From contig NC_083417.1 in NCBI RefSeq assembly GCF_020745735.1, positions 15,934,001-15,998,000 on the forward strand: DNA of 64,000 nt. Reading direction: 5' to 3'. The translations under genes and the position numbers were made by a program. This document shows, in pieces, positions 40,177-53,060 of the stretch; position 1 is the stretch's first letter, and each line of letters starts with the position of its first letter. The DNA is from Hemiscyllium ocellatum (taxonomy: Eukaryota). The notes under the pieces are model-generated. The model saw nothing but the letters and a program-made list of their open reading frames with translations, searched no databases and was not told the origin of the DNA.

Positions 40177-43100
40177 AGTCCCTATCTACATCTATATCTA
40201 CTCCTGCACACATTGGAGCAGTTTTTATCCATCGAGTATACTCGAACCATAGCGTTTCCAGTCGATATTAGGAAAGTTAAAGTTTCCCTTAATAACAGCC
40301 CTGTTACTTTCATTCATATTCAGAATCATCTTTGCAATCCTTTTCTCTACATCTCTGGAACTTTTCAGAGGCCTATAGAAAACTCCCAACAAGGTGACCT
40401 CTCCTTTCCTGTTTGTAACCTCAGCTCATACTCCCTCAGTAGACGAATCCTCATCAAACGTCCTTTCTGCCACCGTAACGCTGTCCTCCCCTGCTTTTTT
40501 TTGTTACCACCTTCCCTGTTCTTACTGAAACATCTAAACCCGGAACCTGCAACAACCATTCTTGTCTCTGCTCCATCGATGTCTTTGAAGTGGCCACAAC
40601 ATCGAAGTCCAAGGTATGAATCCATGTTGAAAGTTCACCCACATTAGTCTGGACACTCCTGGCATTGAAGTAGACACAATTCAAACCACCTTCCTGTCTG
40701 CTGGTACACTCCTGCGACCTTGAAACCTTGTTCATGACCTCAGTACTCTCAAACTCCTGTACACTGGAGCTACAATTCCGGTTCCTACCCCCTGCTGAAT
40801 TAGTTTAATTCCTCCCGAAGAGCATTGGCAAACCTCCCCCCCAGGATATCAGTACCCCTGTGGTTCAGGTGCAAACCATCCTGTTTGTAGAGGTTCCAGC
40901 TACACTAGAATGAGCCCCAATTATCCAGGTATCTGAATCCCTCCCTCCTGTACCATCCTTGTAGCCATGTGTTCAACTGCTCTCTCTCCCTATTCCTCAC
41001 CTCAACACCATTTGGCATGAGTAACAAGCCAGAAATAACATCACTGTTTGTCTTAGCTCCTTGAATTTCTGCCTTACATCCCCATCCCTTTTCCTACCTA
41101 TGTCATTGGTGCCTATGTCCACCACAATGTGGGCTGCTCCCCCTCCCCTTAATGAACCTTGGAAACACGATCTGAAACATCACAGATCCTGACACAGGGA
41201 GACAACATGAGTCTCTCTCATTTCCACAGAATCTCCTGTCTGTCCCCAATAACTAATGCTCTACTCCTCTCCCCCTTCCCTTCTGAGCAACTGGGACAGA
41301 CTCTATGCCAGAGATCTGTACCCCTGGTAAGTTGTCCCCCCAACAGTATCCAAAACAGTACACTTATTATTGAAGGGAACTACCACAGGGATCCCTGCAC
41401 TGTCTGCCTGTTCCCTTTCCAACCCCTGACTGTAACCCATCTACCTTCTCCCTGTACCTGAGGTGAGACTACCTCCCTGTAACTCCTCTCAATTACCCCC
41501 TCAGCCTCCCTCTGAAGTTCATCCAGCTCCAGCTCCCTAACGTGGTCTCCGAGGAGCTGGAGTTGGGTGCACTTCCCACAGATAAAGTCAGCAGGGACAT
41601 TAGTGGTGAGCATTGCCTCCCACATTCTACAGAAGGAGCATTCAACAGCTCTATCATCCATTCCCACTGCACCGAATTCCCAAAGAGACTATCGAGAAAA
41701 AAACTAGTAGCTTTACCAAATCAGTGCACAGAAATTTTCTTTTGGTTAGAGGAGGGGGCTGGATGGGAGACAGTATGTAAGTAGAGTTTCGGATGAAGCA
41801 ACCACCCAAATATATAACCTCATTTACTCAGCCATCCCATGTCCTCTCCTGCTCAACGCACACTCTGCCTGTTCACGAGGTAAGTTTTCATAGGATTTAC
41901 TTACCTTCCCAGCAGCTGCCTGGTCCTCACTCTCACTTCTCCCGCTGCAAAAAAACACTGATTGACCAGGAAGGTATCCTGAAGATCTTTTCTTTCACAA
42001 CCTCAAGTTAAGATTTACAAATGAAGGTTTAATGTTGTGGGAATTCAGCAGTGCTCTTCCTGTAGGTCAAGAGTTGCAAATATTTAGTTGGAAGGCAATA
42101 GTTTCATTGACACAGGTGCAGGTACTTGCGTTAAATTTTGCAAAGCTGCCAGCCAACAGGGTATACAAATCGGGGTGCATCACTGAGGAGCTTGCATTGC
42201 TGAGGGTTAGCATTTCTCACAGGATATTTGCTGTGGAGCATTTGTTGGGACAAAGTTAGGAGAGTGTGCTTATTAGGGAGTTAACATTTTCCAGGTGACA
42301 TGTATTTGATGGGCTTAGGTGTTACCATAAGAATGCAGTATTAGAGATCAGTGAATCCAGCACAGGTAGGACCATCAGGGCTAAAACATGTCCTTGGAGG
42401 AAGAGAGAAAGAACACTCAGCACCAGGCAGCTTGAAGTGTGTAGCTCCAGCAATTAAAGTGGAGTGAAAACAAGATCCAATAGAATTCAAGACTTAAACC
42501 TGCAAAGGAATTTGCATGTGAGTTAGTTACAGATACAAACTAGATTCAAGAAATTGAGCACTTTCTTGAAGTATGTACCATCTACAAGATGAACTGCAGA
42601 AATTCACCAAAGATCCTTCGACAACATCTTCCAAACCCATGACCGCTTCCACCTAGAAGGACAAGGGTGGCACTTACACAGAAACACCACCACCTCCAAG
42701 TTCCTCTTCAGACTGCTCATCATGCTGATGAAGGAGCGCTCCAAAAGCTGGTGCTTCCCAAATAAACCTGTTGGACTATAACCTGGAGTTGTGAAATTTT
42801 TAACTCTTTCTACAGTGGTTTCATACAGTTGAGTGGCTCACCTGTCCATTCAGAGGGCAGTTAATAGGTTGTGGACATGGAGGCTAGACCAGATAACAAT
42901 GGTAAATCTCCTTTCCTGAAGGCCATGAGTGAACCTGATTGATTTTTTAAATTGGTTTTATGATTGTTATTCATGAGACAAGCTTTTTAAACTCAGATTT
43001 ATTCATTTATTGAATGTATAATTTATTCGGCTGCCACTGCATTGGCATCTGAACTTCTGGAACATTAGTCCATGTCTCTACAGAAAGCTGACACTCCAGT

Positions 43101-43407
43101 ACTGTACATACTGTCTTTTGGATGAGATGAGAAACCGTCTCCTGTTTGGTTGGATGTTGAAGATACTTAGATACTATTTCAACAAAAAGCAGAGAAAGTA
43201 TCCATACTGTCCTGGCTAGTAACATCAAGCAACATCAAACCAAAAAGAAATGGTCATTATTATATTGTGTACTTATTTGCTGCACACAGGTTACTTGCTG
43301 TGACTTCAATATTAGTTACAATAATGCTGTGTTGCTGATAAAACAAAGTTGGCTTGGGTTGCAAAGGATTAACTGCTGGAGAGAGAGAACTCATTGAAGC
43401 GTACTTA

Positions 43408-44309
43408 CTGTATATACTCAAGTGATAGTCTAATTCTTTTAGGAGAAAATGAGGACTGCAGATGCTGGAGATCAGAGCTGAAAAATGTGTTGCTGGAAAA
43501 GCGCAGCAGGTCAGACGTTTTGGGCATAAGCCCTTCTTCAGAAATAAGGAATAATTTTTTTAGACTACTTTTTTAAGGTTAAATTTGTGGGATCAACTAT
43601 TACATGGATACCACTTTTGAGGGGCTGAAATTCATGCCCATCAAAATTCATATCATATCATTAGCAGAAGCCCAATTGATCTCTAAATGAATAAAGAAAA
43701 AGAAATGCAACAAATTACTGGATGAAGACAATAAAAAAAATGAATTACTGCTAATAAGCTTTTAATTATACATACAAAAAGTGAAGTAGAAATATGAGAC
43801 TGTTTTAAATCACAATTACCGATACATATTACATCTTAAGTACGTCAAATACAAAAGTTCATTAATATCGTGCAAAATGACACTGTTCAACATCTCCAGC
43901 ATTGAATAAAGCTTCCTAATCATCAGGATGAATGATATTATTGTATGGATCCTCTGCATCCTCACTGTCTGTAGTTAGAGATAGTGCATCGCCTGCTTCT
44001 TCTTCATCTGTGTCATCTCATTGGTGATTGTCCTCTGTACCATCCAATGCATTCAAAATTTCACATTTCTTGAACGATTTGGAAATACTGTCAGCTTTTG
44101 TTTCATTCCATGAATCAACGATCCAATCACAGATTTGTAGCAGTGATGGAGCTCACATACTGCCTCCTCTCGTGTACTTTTTTTCTCTCACATATCCAGT
44201 TATTCCACTTCATTCCCATCGTGTTCATGAATGGCTTATTGATACCAACATCTATTAGTTGCAACACACTTGTAAGTCCACTGGGAATTACAGCTATGTC
44301 AGTGTTATG
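43408..44309 (-). mobile_element. pogo/Tigger-type DNA transposon remnant
   Basis: DDE remnant DIAVIPSGLTSVLQLIDVGINKPF, C-terminal FKKCEILNALDGTED and an acidic tail. TIR-like TA|CTGTATATACTCAAGT at 43406. A PLE pLTR is nested at about 43443-43545. Confidence 0.75.
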
Positions 44310-44317
44310 TGATCGGA

Positions 44318-44370
44318 TGGCCGGGAATCGAACCCGGGTCAACTGCTTGGAAGGCAGCTATGCTCACCAC
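44318..44370 (-). pseudogene. tRNA-Gly(TCC) internal fragment, about nt 15-67
   Basis: 53-nt match without mismatch to the recalled vertebrate tRNA-Gly-TCC sequence. Fused to a CR1 fragment (44371-44595). Confidence 0.9.
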
Positions 44371-44599
44371 AGATATATAACTGCAGGGCAAGAGCTGGGG
44401 AAAGGCAATTATGATGCACTCAGTAAGATTTAAGATGCATAGGATGTGAAAGGAAACAGCAAGGGATGGGCACAATTGAAAGGTGGAGCTTGTTCAAGGA
44501 ACAGCTATGGCGTGTCCTTGATAAGTATGTTCCTGTCAGGTAAGGAGGAAGAGGTTAAACAAGGGAACCATGGTTTACTAAAGAACTGTCAAGAGTGTC

Positions 44600-45330
44600 C
44601 CTTCTCACATATCGCATCACTGTGGAGATGGTGAAACCCATTGTGCAGAGCTGACTGCACCTTTAATGCTAGAAAGATCTTTGATTAATTATTGCTGCCG
44701 TTGTTATGAGTCCCATCAATCAAGGATGAAGTGTCACGCTTTCCTGGTTTCTGCAGCTCGATGACTCAGCAGCTTAATCCTGGAGCCATGTGCATTTGGG
44801 AAGAGAGGACAAAAGCCAGAATTCAGCTCTCTTGCCTTCCGTTGCCATTGCATTTCTGCAGTAGAGTCTGACTATCCAGTTTCCTCTGTGCTGTGTCTTG
44901 TTTGATAAAGTATCTCCAATGAGGCATGGTTAGAGGTAAGTTTCTCTCCTACACCAATATGAATTTGTCCCTTTTTCAATCAGGCCTTCAGAGTGTCCTC
45001 AAAACTTTCCCTCTGTCTTCCTCAAGGCCGGGTGCCAAGTTAATTTGTGAAAAGAGGATTTGTTTTGACTTTCGGCGGATGAGTGCAATATCCAGAACAG
45101 CAGGTTTTCTGGTGATCACAATTTTAGAGTTATTGCGTTCAGGGAGGATGCTGAGGTTTGATCGCCTGACTCCCCATTTGTCTTTGTAAAGGCATTGCTG
45201 GTGGAAATTCTCCAACACCTGTAGGAAGATTAGGCGCTTGGCCAAATGGAAACTGTTTCCAATGCAAGAGTGAGGTTTCTCAACTGATGAGCAAATATTC
45301 AACATGGAGCTGAAGGAGGACTCAGGCAAA
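44600..45330 (-). mobile_element. RTE-clade LINE 3' remnant
   Basis: QVLENFHQQCL...SNLSIL...KQILFSQ resembles RTE RT C-terminal motifs (LERFHQRCLR...LPKQ.L..EL). Confidence 0.6.
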
Positions 45331-45408
45331 AGCCTTCTCAGGCAGTCAGAATGTGAAACAAAAGGGCTGCCAAAAATGGGTGGGTGTAAAAAGCCAGTTA
45401 TTACAAGG

Positions 45409-46240
45409 TTGAATTGAATTGAATTTATTTGTCATGTGCACCAAGGCATAGTGAAAAGCTTTGTGCAATACAGGCAGATCACATCGTTAAGTAGCATAGA
45501 TAAGTAAATAAATGGTAAACAGCAGCAAAAACTTAAAACACAGGTACAGGTAAATGTTAAGAGTGTGTGAGTCCATTCAGTATTCTAACAACGTAGGGTA
45601 GAAACAGTTTGGAAACCAGCTGGTGTATGTATTCAGGCTTCTGTACCACCTCCCCGATGGTAGAGGTTGTAGAAAAACATTGCCAGGGTGGGATGGATCT
45701 TTGAGAATGCTGGTGGCCTTTCCTTGACAGCGGGCCTGGTAGATGGATTCTACAGATGGGAGGTTGGCCTTTGTGATTGTCCAAGCCAAGTTCACTACTC
45801 TCTACAACCATTTCCAATCTTGAATGATACAGTTGCCAAACCAGGTAGTGATACATCCATACAGAATGCTCTCGATGGCACACCTATAAAAGTTGCCAAG
45901 GGTATTCGCCGTTATGCCAAATTTCCTCAGCTGCCTGAGGAAGAAGAGACATTGTTGGGCCTTTGTAACCAGTGCATCCACATGAAGAGTCCAAGAAAGC
46001 TTGTTGTGGATGGCCACTTCCAGGAGCTTGACACTCGCCACTCATTCCACCTCTGTGCTGTTATTGTACAGGGGGGCATGAGTAACATCCTGCCGAAAGT
46101 CAATAATGAGTTCCTTGGTTTTGCTGGCATTGAGAGCTAGGTTGTTCTCAGTGCACCATTTTTCCAGGTCTTCCACCTCCTGTCTGTGGTCTGTTTCATC
46201 ACTGTCTGAGATTCGACTGACTATGGTGGTGTCATTTGTG
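45409..46240 (-). mobile_element. Rex1/Babar LINE 3' part
   Basis: LSWTLHVDALVTKAQQCLFFLRQLRKFG...FYRCAIESILYGCITTWFGNC and ILKDPSHPG..LQPLPSGR, with an (aattc)n tail at 45409-45425. Confidence 0.85.
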
Positions 46241-46399
46241 GTGCCTTAGGCTTAACTAACTTCAACTGCTTCATCAATTATCTTCCCAAGTAGCATGTAC
46301 ATTTAGCCTGCAACAGGTAGGACTACATATTTTCATACTGTGAACAGTAACAAAAAAACCATTGTTAAATTACTCATCTGCATTCCATTCCTATATCAC

Positions 46400-48020
46400 A
46401 TAAAATAAATCACATTGTTGCTCATGACTAGCCTTATTGTAACACTATTACCATCCATGATGTGTCCTCTCCAACTCACAGAGGTGGTGGCACAGTGATA
46501 CACAGTCAGCAATGAGTTACCCTGGAAGAGCTCAACATGGACACTGGACCCTATGAAGTCTCATGGCATCAGGTCAAGAAACCCTCCCATTAATTACTAT
46601 CTGTATGTCACCAACCTCCCACACATCCGTCTGTCGATATCAATCTTGATAAGAGTGACCACTGCACATTTCCTTGCAGAGACAAAGTCTCAATTTCACA
46701 TCATGTGATGTAGCACTACTATCATACAGAATGGGATAGATTTTAAACATATCGAGCAACTTGAGATAGGTATCAATGAAACACTGTGGTCAATCAGCAG
46801 CAGAGTTTTATTTAACTATAATCATTTACTCCATGGCCCAGCATATCCTCAACCCTACCATTAACAAAACGTCAGGGTGAGGTCAGCCCTGGTTCAATGA
46901 ACAGCACAGAGAACATACTAGCAGTGGCACTGGGAATATCTAAAAAGAGGTAAAAACAAGGACTGCAGATGCTGGAAACCAGAGTCTAGAGTCTGAAAAA
47001 GCACAGCAGGTCAGGCAGCATCCAAGGAGCAGGAAAATCGATGGTTCGAGCAAAAGCCCTTCATCAGGAATATCTAAAAAGAGGTGTCAACCTTGTGAAG
47101 CCATAACACAAAGGTACAACCAAACAGTGTAACCAGCATGTGACAGACATAGCTAAGTATCCCACAATAAAAACTCAGTCACAAATAATGGTAAACAATT
47201 AGACAGGTAACATGAGGTGGTGACTCCACAAATATCCACATGATAAGGGAGCCTAGAACATCATTATAAAAGACAAACACTTACATTCATCTTCTGCCAG
47301 AAATGCCACCTCAGCCTCCTTCCAGGAGCTCCAGCATCACAAATTCTTCAGGGTAATGCCTTAGGCTCAACCAACCTCAGGCGCTTCATCAATTACCTTT
47401 CTTCCATCACCACATTCACAACACCTGATACTTAAGCAGTCATTGTGCAAATACAGCAAGACCTGGATAATATTCACACATGGGTTGATAAGTAACAAAT
47501 TGCATTTGCACCACACAAGTGTCAGGCAATAGCCATCCCAACAAGACAGAAACTGCGTTGACATTCAATGGCATCACCATTACTGATTGCCCTGCTATCA
47601 ACATTCTGGAGTTATCATGCATCAGGAACTGATCTGGACTGGTCAGAAAAATACTGTGCTATGGGGTGAGAATTCTGCAGTCAGTAACTCACCTGCTGAC
47701 TCCACCATCTAAAAGGCAGATCAGGAATGTGTTGGAATATTCTCCCCTTGCCTGGATGAGTGCAGTCTCACAACACCTCCACCATCTTGAAGGGCAAGGA
47801 ACACCACCATCTACAAGTTCTCCTCCAAACCACTCAGTGTCCTGACTTGGAACCATTCTTTCATGCTCAGTGGGTTCAAATCCTGGAACACCCACTCAAC
47901 CAGCACTGTCGGTGTACATAGACTGCAGTGGAAGTCAAGAATGGAACATACCACCAGTCCTCAAGGGCAATTATGGATGGGCAAAAAATGCTGGCCCACA
48001 TCTGGGAATGAATTTTAACA
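46400..48020 (+). mobile_element. Old LINE (CR1/L2 group) fragments with a nested PLE pLTR (about 46950-47070)
   Basis: Decayed RT remnants ending in aagggcaattatggatgggc..aaatgctggcc, a tail shared with SINE-like copies at about 2230-2525, 10310-10580 and 59390-59715. The nested pLTR has a 19-bp duplication, ggaatatctaaaaagaggt. Confidence 0.6.
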
Positions 48021-48779
48021 AAAGTTCACAATTCTCTTCTGTTTAACTTTTGCAATAAAAAGAGATTATCTTGTCAGGCACAGGAAAAAGACATACAGTG
48101 TTATGATCCTATTGGACATGAGTTCCACCTGCACCAGAGACCAGAGGTTCTGCATCTAACAGTGTCAAGTGCAGGCCTGAAATTTATAACACTTCAGCTG
48201 GATTAAATATGGTTCCTTTAAGATTCAGAATCTGATTGTACTGGCTTTACTATGTTCACATGTTCTACACCGGCTTTGGCTGTTCCATTTGGATTAGCAC
48301 AAATATCTGCATTATGCCTTTGCAAATGTGCTTATTGTGATGATGTGCAGAATGTATTCAATTTTCAATGACAAAGAACTTGCACACCGTTTAGATATTA
48401 ATTAACAGACTTAGTGGGAAGTTAAAATCCATCTTGACCATGTTCGGAGAGTGACTGGAATGCCAGATGAGTGAGCTCGCCAGGATTCAAGCACAACTAC
48501 TTAATTTATTCCATTCTTTCTCCTGCTTACAGAAATCCATGGTGATGTCCGAAGCTAAAGACCATCATTCTTTCATTTTATGGCCAACTGATTATTTGGT
48601 TGGAAAAGAAGACATAAAACTGAGCCTTTGCCAATAATAAACTGCAGTAACAGATGATTCAATTGTCAAAGCTCAGTAGTGAATGATACGCACAGCAGAT
48701 TCCAATGCTTCTGATGCTAATATGAATACTTGTGTCAGGATCTCAGTTAAGAATATTCTATAAACAAAATGAACTTCTT

Positions 48780-50670
48780 TTATTCTGTAAGAATAATAGG
48801 GTGGTTGTGGTAGGGGATTTTAACTTTCCAAACATAGACTGGGACTGCCATAGTGTTAAGGGTTTAGATGGAGAGGAATTTGTTAAGAATGTACAGGAAG
48901 ATTTTTTGATTCAGTATGTGGATGTACCTAAGAGAGAAGATGCAAAACTTGACTTATTCTTGGGAAATAAGGCAGGGCAGGTGGCTGAGGTGTCAGTGGA
49001 GGAGCACTTTGGGGCCAGCGACCATAATTCTATTAGTTTTAAAATAGTGATGGAAAAGAATAGACCAGATCTAACAGTTGAAGTTCTAAATTGGAGGAAG
49101 GCTAATTTTGATGGTATTGGGCAGACTGGGGGGGGCAGATGTTTGCAGGTAAAGGGACGGCTGGAAAATGGAAACTTTCAGAAATGAGTAAACGAGAGTC
49201 CAGAGACAGTATATTCCTGTTAGGATGAAAGGAAAGGCTGGTAGGTATAGGGAATGTTGGATGACTACAGAAATTGACAAGCCTGGGAACTATCGATCAG
49301 TGAGCCTGACGTCGGTGGTGGGCAAGTTGTTGGAAGGAATCCTTAGGGACAGGATTTACATGTATTTGGAAAGGCAAGGACTGATCAGGGATAGTCAACA
49401 TGGCTTTGTGCTTGGGAAATCATTGCTCATGAACTTGATTGAGTTTTTTGAAAAAGTAACAAAGAGGATTAATGAGGGCAGAGTGGTAGATGTGACCTAT
49501 ATGGACTTCAGTAAGGCGTTTGACAAAATTCCCGATGGGATACTGGTTATCAAGGTTAGATCTCATGGAATACAGGCAGAACTAGCCATTTGGATAAAGA
49601 ACTAGCTCAAAGGTAGAGCACAGAGGGTGGTGGTGGAGGGTCATTTTTCGGACTGGAGGTCTGTAACTAGTGGAATGCCACAAGGACCGGTGCTGGGTCT
49701 ACTTTTTGTCATTTATGTAAATGATTTGGACATGAACATAGCAGGTGTAGTTCGTAAGTTTGCAGATGACACCAAAATTGGAGGTGTAGTGGACAGCGAA
49801 GAAGGTTACCTCAGATTACCTTGATCAGATGGGCTCGTTGGCTGAGGAATGGCAGATGGAGTTTAATTTAGATTGATGCAAGGTGCTGTATTTTGGGAAA
49901 GCAAATCTTAGCAGGAATTATTTGCTTAATGGTAAGGTCCTAGGGGATGTTGCTGAACAAAGAGACCTTGGAGTGCAGACTATAGCTCCTTGAAAGTAGA
50001 GTCACAGGTAGCTAGGATAGTGAAGAAGATATTTGGTATAGTTTCCTTTGTTGGTCAGAGCATTGACTATAGGAGTTGGGAGGTCATGGTGTGGCTGTAC
50101 AGGATGTTGGTTAGGCCACTGTTGGAATATTGCGTGCAATTCTGGTCTCTTTCCTATGGGAAGGATGTTGTGAAGTTTGAAAGGATTCAGAAAAGATTTA
50201 CAAGGATATTGCCAGGGTTGGAGGATTTGAGCTATAGGGAGAGGCTGAATAGGCTGGAGCTGTTTCACTGGAGGGTCAAAGGTTGAGGGGTGACCTCATA
50301 CAGGTTTATAAATTCATGAGTGACATGGATAGGTTAAATAGACAAAGTCTTTTCCCTGGGATAGGGGAGTCCAGAACTAGAGGGCATGGGTGTAGGGTGA
50401 GAGGGAAAAGATATAAAAGAGACCTAAGGGGCAACTTTTTTTATGAAGAAGGTGGTGCATGTATGGAATGAGCTGCCAGAGGAAGTGGTGGAGGCTGGTA
50501 CAATTACAACATTTAAAAGGGATCCGGATGAGTATATGAATAGGAAGGGTTTGGAGGGATATGGGCCAAGTGCTGGCAAATGGGACTAGATTAGTTTGGG
50601 ATATCTGGTCAGCATGGAGGAGTTGGACCAAAGGGTCTGATTCTGTGCTGTACACCTCTATGACTCCATA
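48780..50670 (+). mobile_element. CR1/HER1-type LINE, internally deleted
   Basis: VVVGDFNFPNIDW, SDHN, SQHGF, DFSKAFDK and KFADDTK motifs plus a CR1 tail. Confidence 0.9.
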
Positions 50671-51531
50671 ACTTGTCTGCTGAAGTTTACAATCTTAGCT
50701 GAAATTCTGTTCAAAGTTATTGTCACCTTATTATTATATGTTCTCTACCTATTTTATATATAGGCTACTAGTAAGTATACATACTTATATTTAGGCAATG
50801 CTTTTATTGTAACAAAGGTAATGTCCTAAGGAGTTTCACAGGAGCATTCTGACGCAAAAATTGACACTGAAGTTACATTCGACAATATTAAGCTAAAATC
50901 TTACGTAGATTTTAAGAAGTATCATCTCCTGATACATCACTGTCTAACTTGCATACAAACAATATAAGAATCATATCTAAGAAACTGAATTAAAAATACA
51001 CAAAATAGACATGATGGAAAATATTGTTTTTGGGAAAAATAGAGGCTGGTACTGACCTGAAGGGCTGAATGGCCTCTTTCTGTGCTGTAAATTCTCTCTG
51101 GTTCTATGGTGGAGTTTTGAAGTTTGCAGCAACATAACCAGCTCATTGTTCTTGTTGAGATCCTATAACTAATTTATGTTCCGTCTTACTTGTGATGAGT
51201 AAGTCTGCTACAAGCTATTCCTCCTCTCAACATAATTGAAATAACAAATAACATTGTCACTTAAATTAATACAACCTTTCTCAGGATGTTAAAAATAGGG
51301 AAAACTGCTTACTTCCGTCTTCCTTTTCTCATACTTCGAACAGATTACTGAATCTGAAACTTGTTTTCAATAAATCATTCACTCCTAATTAACACTGACT
51401 CTGTACCTTCTCCTGTCCCACAACCGACCACCCCCAATCCTGTAATATGCTGCACTGTATTCTTCAACACCAAATGTCCTTTATTTGCACAGATAATTAC
51501 TTGATTCACTGCTGGTGAACAGATCATCAAA

Positions 51532-52165
51532 GTTTCCAGCATCTGCAGTCCTTGTTTTTACCTAGTCCTCACTTTTGCCTACAGATACAGGCAGGGCATC
51601 TATTGAGCTCAAAATTCAGGTGTGTGAATTCAACTGGACAGAATCCAGATTGCTGATGGTTTCCAGCATCTGCAATCCTTGTTTTTACCTACTTGATTTT
51701 AACCCGACTGTGAATTCTCTTGCGAGGATGCCTGCCTTGAAGAAGTTTTCCTCCTCTCTCTCTCTACAAGAATCTCAGTGAATCTCTCCCTCATTGCAAC
51801 CCCCAGGTCATCTCCTCTGCCCTGAAGCACTTCAACCATGTCCTGAAACAGACCCGGTACCACAGCCACATTTGCTTTCCACCTATCCACTCCACCCTCC
51901 TCTCTGACCTATCATCTTCATCCCCATTCACCCATTGTACTTTTTGCTACCTTCCCCCACTCTCCTCTGTGATCTATCACTTCCATCCCCACCCCCATTC
52001 TCCTATTGTACTCCTGCTATTTTCTCCCCACCCCCCACTCATTTATCTCTCCCCCCTGCAGGCACTCTGCCTGTATTCCCGATGAAGGGTTTTGCCTGAA
52101 ACGTCGATTTTCCTGCTCCTCGGATGCTGCCTGACCTGCTGTGCTTTTCCAGCACCACTCAAATC
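51532..52165 (+). mobile_element. PLE composite (pLTR end, ORF start, pLTR) carrying captured local DNA
   Basis: A 33-bp pLTR end is repeated at 51532-51564 and 51659-51691, followed by PLE 5' sequence and a pLTR with a decayed hammerhead. Confidence 0.7.
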
Positions 52166-52639
52166 TTGACCCTTTCTCAGAACCCAACGCAAGAGCTCAA
52201 AACAGGTTATCTATTGGTCGTTGCTATTTACGGGAGCTTGCTGAGGACAAATGGAGCGCTTGAATTTACATCAAAATCATCGACCGATAAGGAACTCGAG
52301 GTCGGGAAAGCCTCTATTGTAGTCTGTTTGGGGGAAGGAAAAAAAACCGGCAAGTGTCTGATTACGAAAAGCAGAGAACAGGCTTGTGTTTTTTAAAATA
52401 TTTACAAGCGCTGGCATTATCTTCTCAAGGCTGTTACACTTACAACCAGGAACGGAGAAGCCTACAAGGAGGACGGGTTTAAAAATTCATTCAGATGGGG
52501 AAGGGACCACGAGAGTGCCTGAGTTTCGTTTTCGTCAAATTGCTTGGGTTGCTTTCTACAGAAAGTGCAATGTCGTCATTCAATTTGACCTGGTTGGTAC
52601 CCATTTACTCAGAAGTGTGTGTGTTTCTGGTTGAAACGT

Positions 52640-53060
52640 GTTCCGTGTGGGGCTTTCAGTTTGATTTGGGATCTCGCACCCCCACCACCTCCTCCTCGGA
52701 GATAAACAGGGTCTGAAACGCAGTCAGCAGCACGTACCAGCCTTGCAGCCTTGTTGAAGCCGGTTGTGTACCGGGGTCATGGACTGAGGGAGCGAGTGAT
52801 GTAGGTGAGCGAAAGTTGCCTGTTTTGTTTTGATGTCGGTGTCTGCAGAGGTCGCCCTCGCTCTCTCCCTCCCGATACCACTCCCCCCCCCCCACCTCCA
52901 GACAATGTAAACGTGACAGGCAGCACGATCCTCAATGGTAGGCGCATTGGACACTGACATTGGCTCGTCAGAAACCGCCCCCCCCCCCCCCCCCTCACCA
53001 ACAGGAAAGCCCCGGGAGACCTACACACAAACACACGTATTTATAAAGACCATCCTCACA
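52640..53060. promoter_or_regulatory. Small CpG-enriched promoter-like segment
   Basis: Two ATTGG (CCAAT) boxes at 52946 and 52959, CGTCA at 52966, a GC box/poly-C at 52975-52994 and TATAAA at 53042. Confidence 0.45.

Larger units (their letters stand above)
37370..41950 (-). mobile_element. Near full-length CR1 LINE, decayed and interrupted at 39484-40177
   Basis: ORF1 zinc finger (AVECSFCRMWE...FICGKCTQLQLL) and esterase, endonuclease N-terminus (LNCVYFNARS), RT (NYRPVSLTS, DFSKVFDKIPH) and a tagaaca tail. Confidence 0.9.

Noticed and set aside
48640-48716. C/D-box snoRNA-like segment ending in CTGA
   Set aside because: No canonical C box (RTGATGA) or terminal stem, and no host intron supported.
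51313-52780. Possible small spliced - strand ORF (MTPVHNRLQQGCKA|DSVICSKYEKRKTE)
   Set aside because: Frames are compatible, but the acceptor is weak, there is no homology and no convincing downstream exon.
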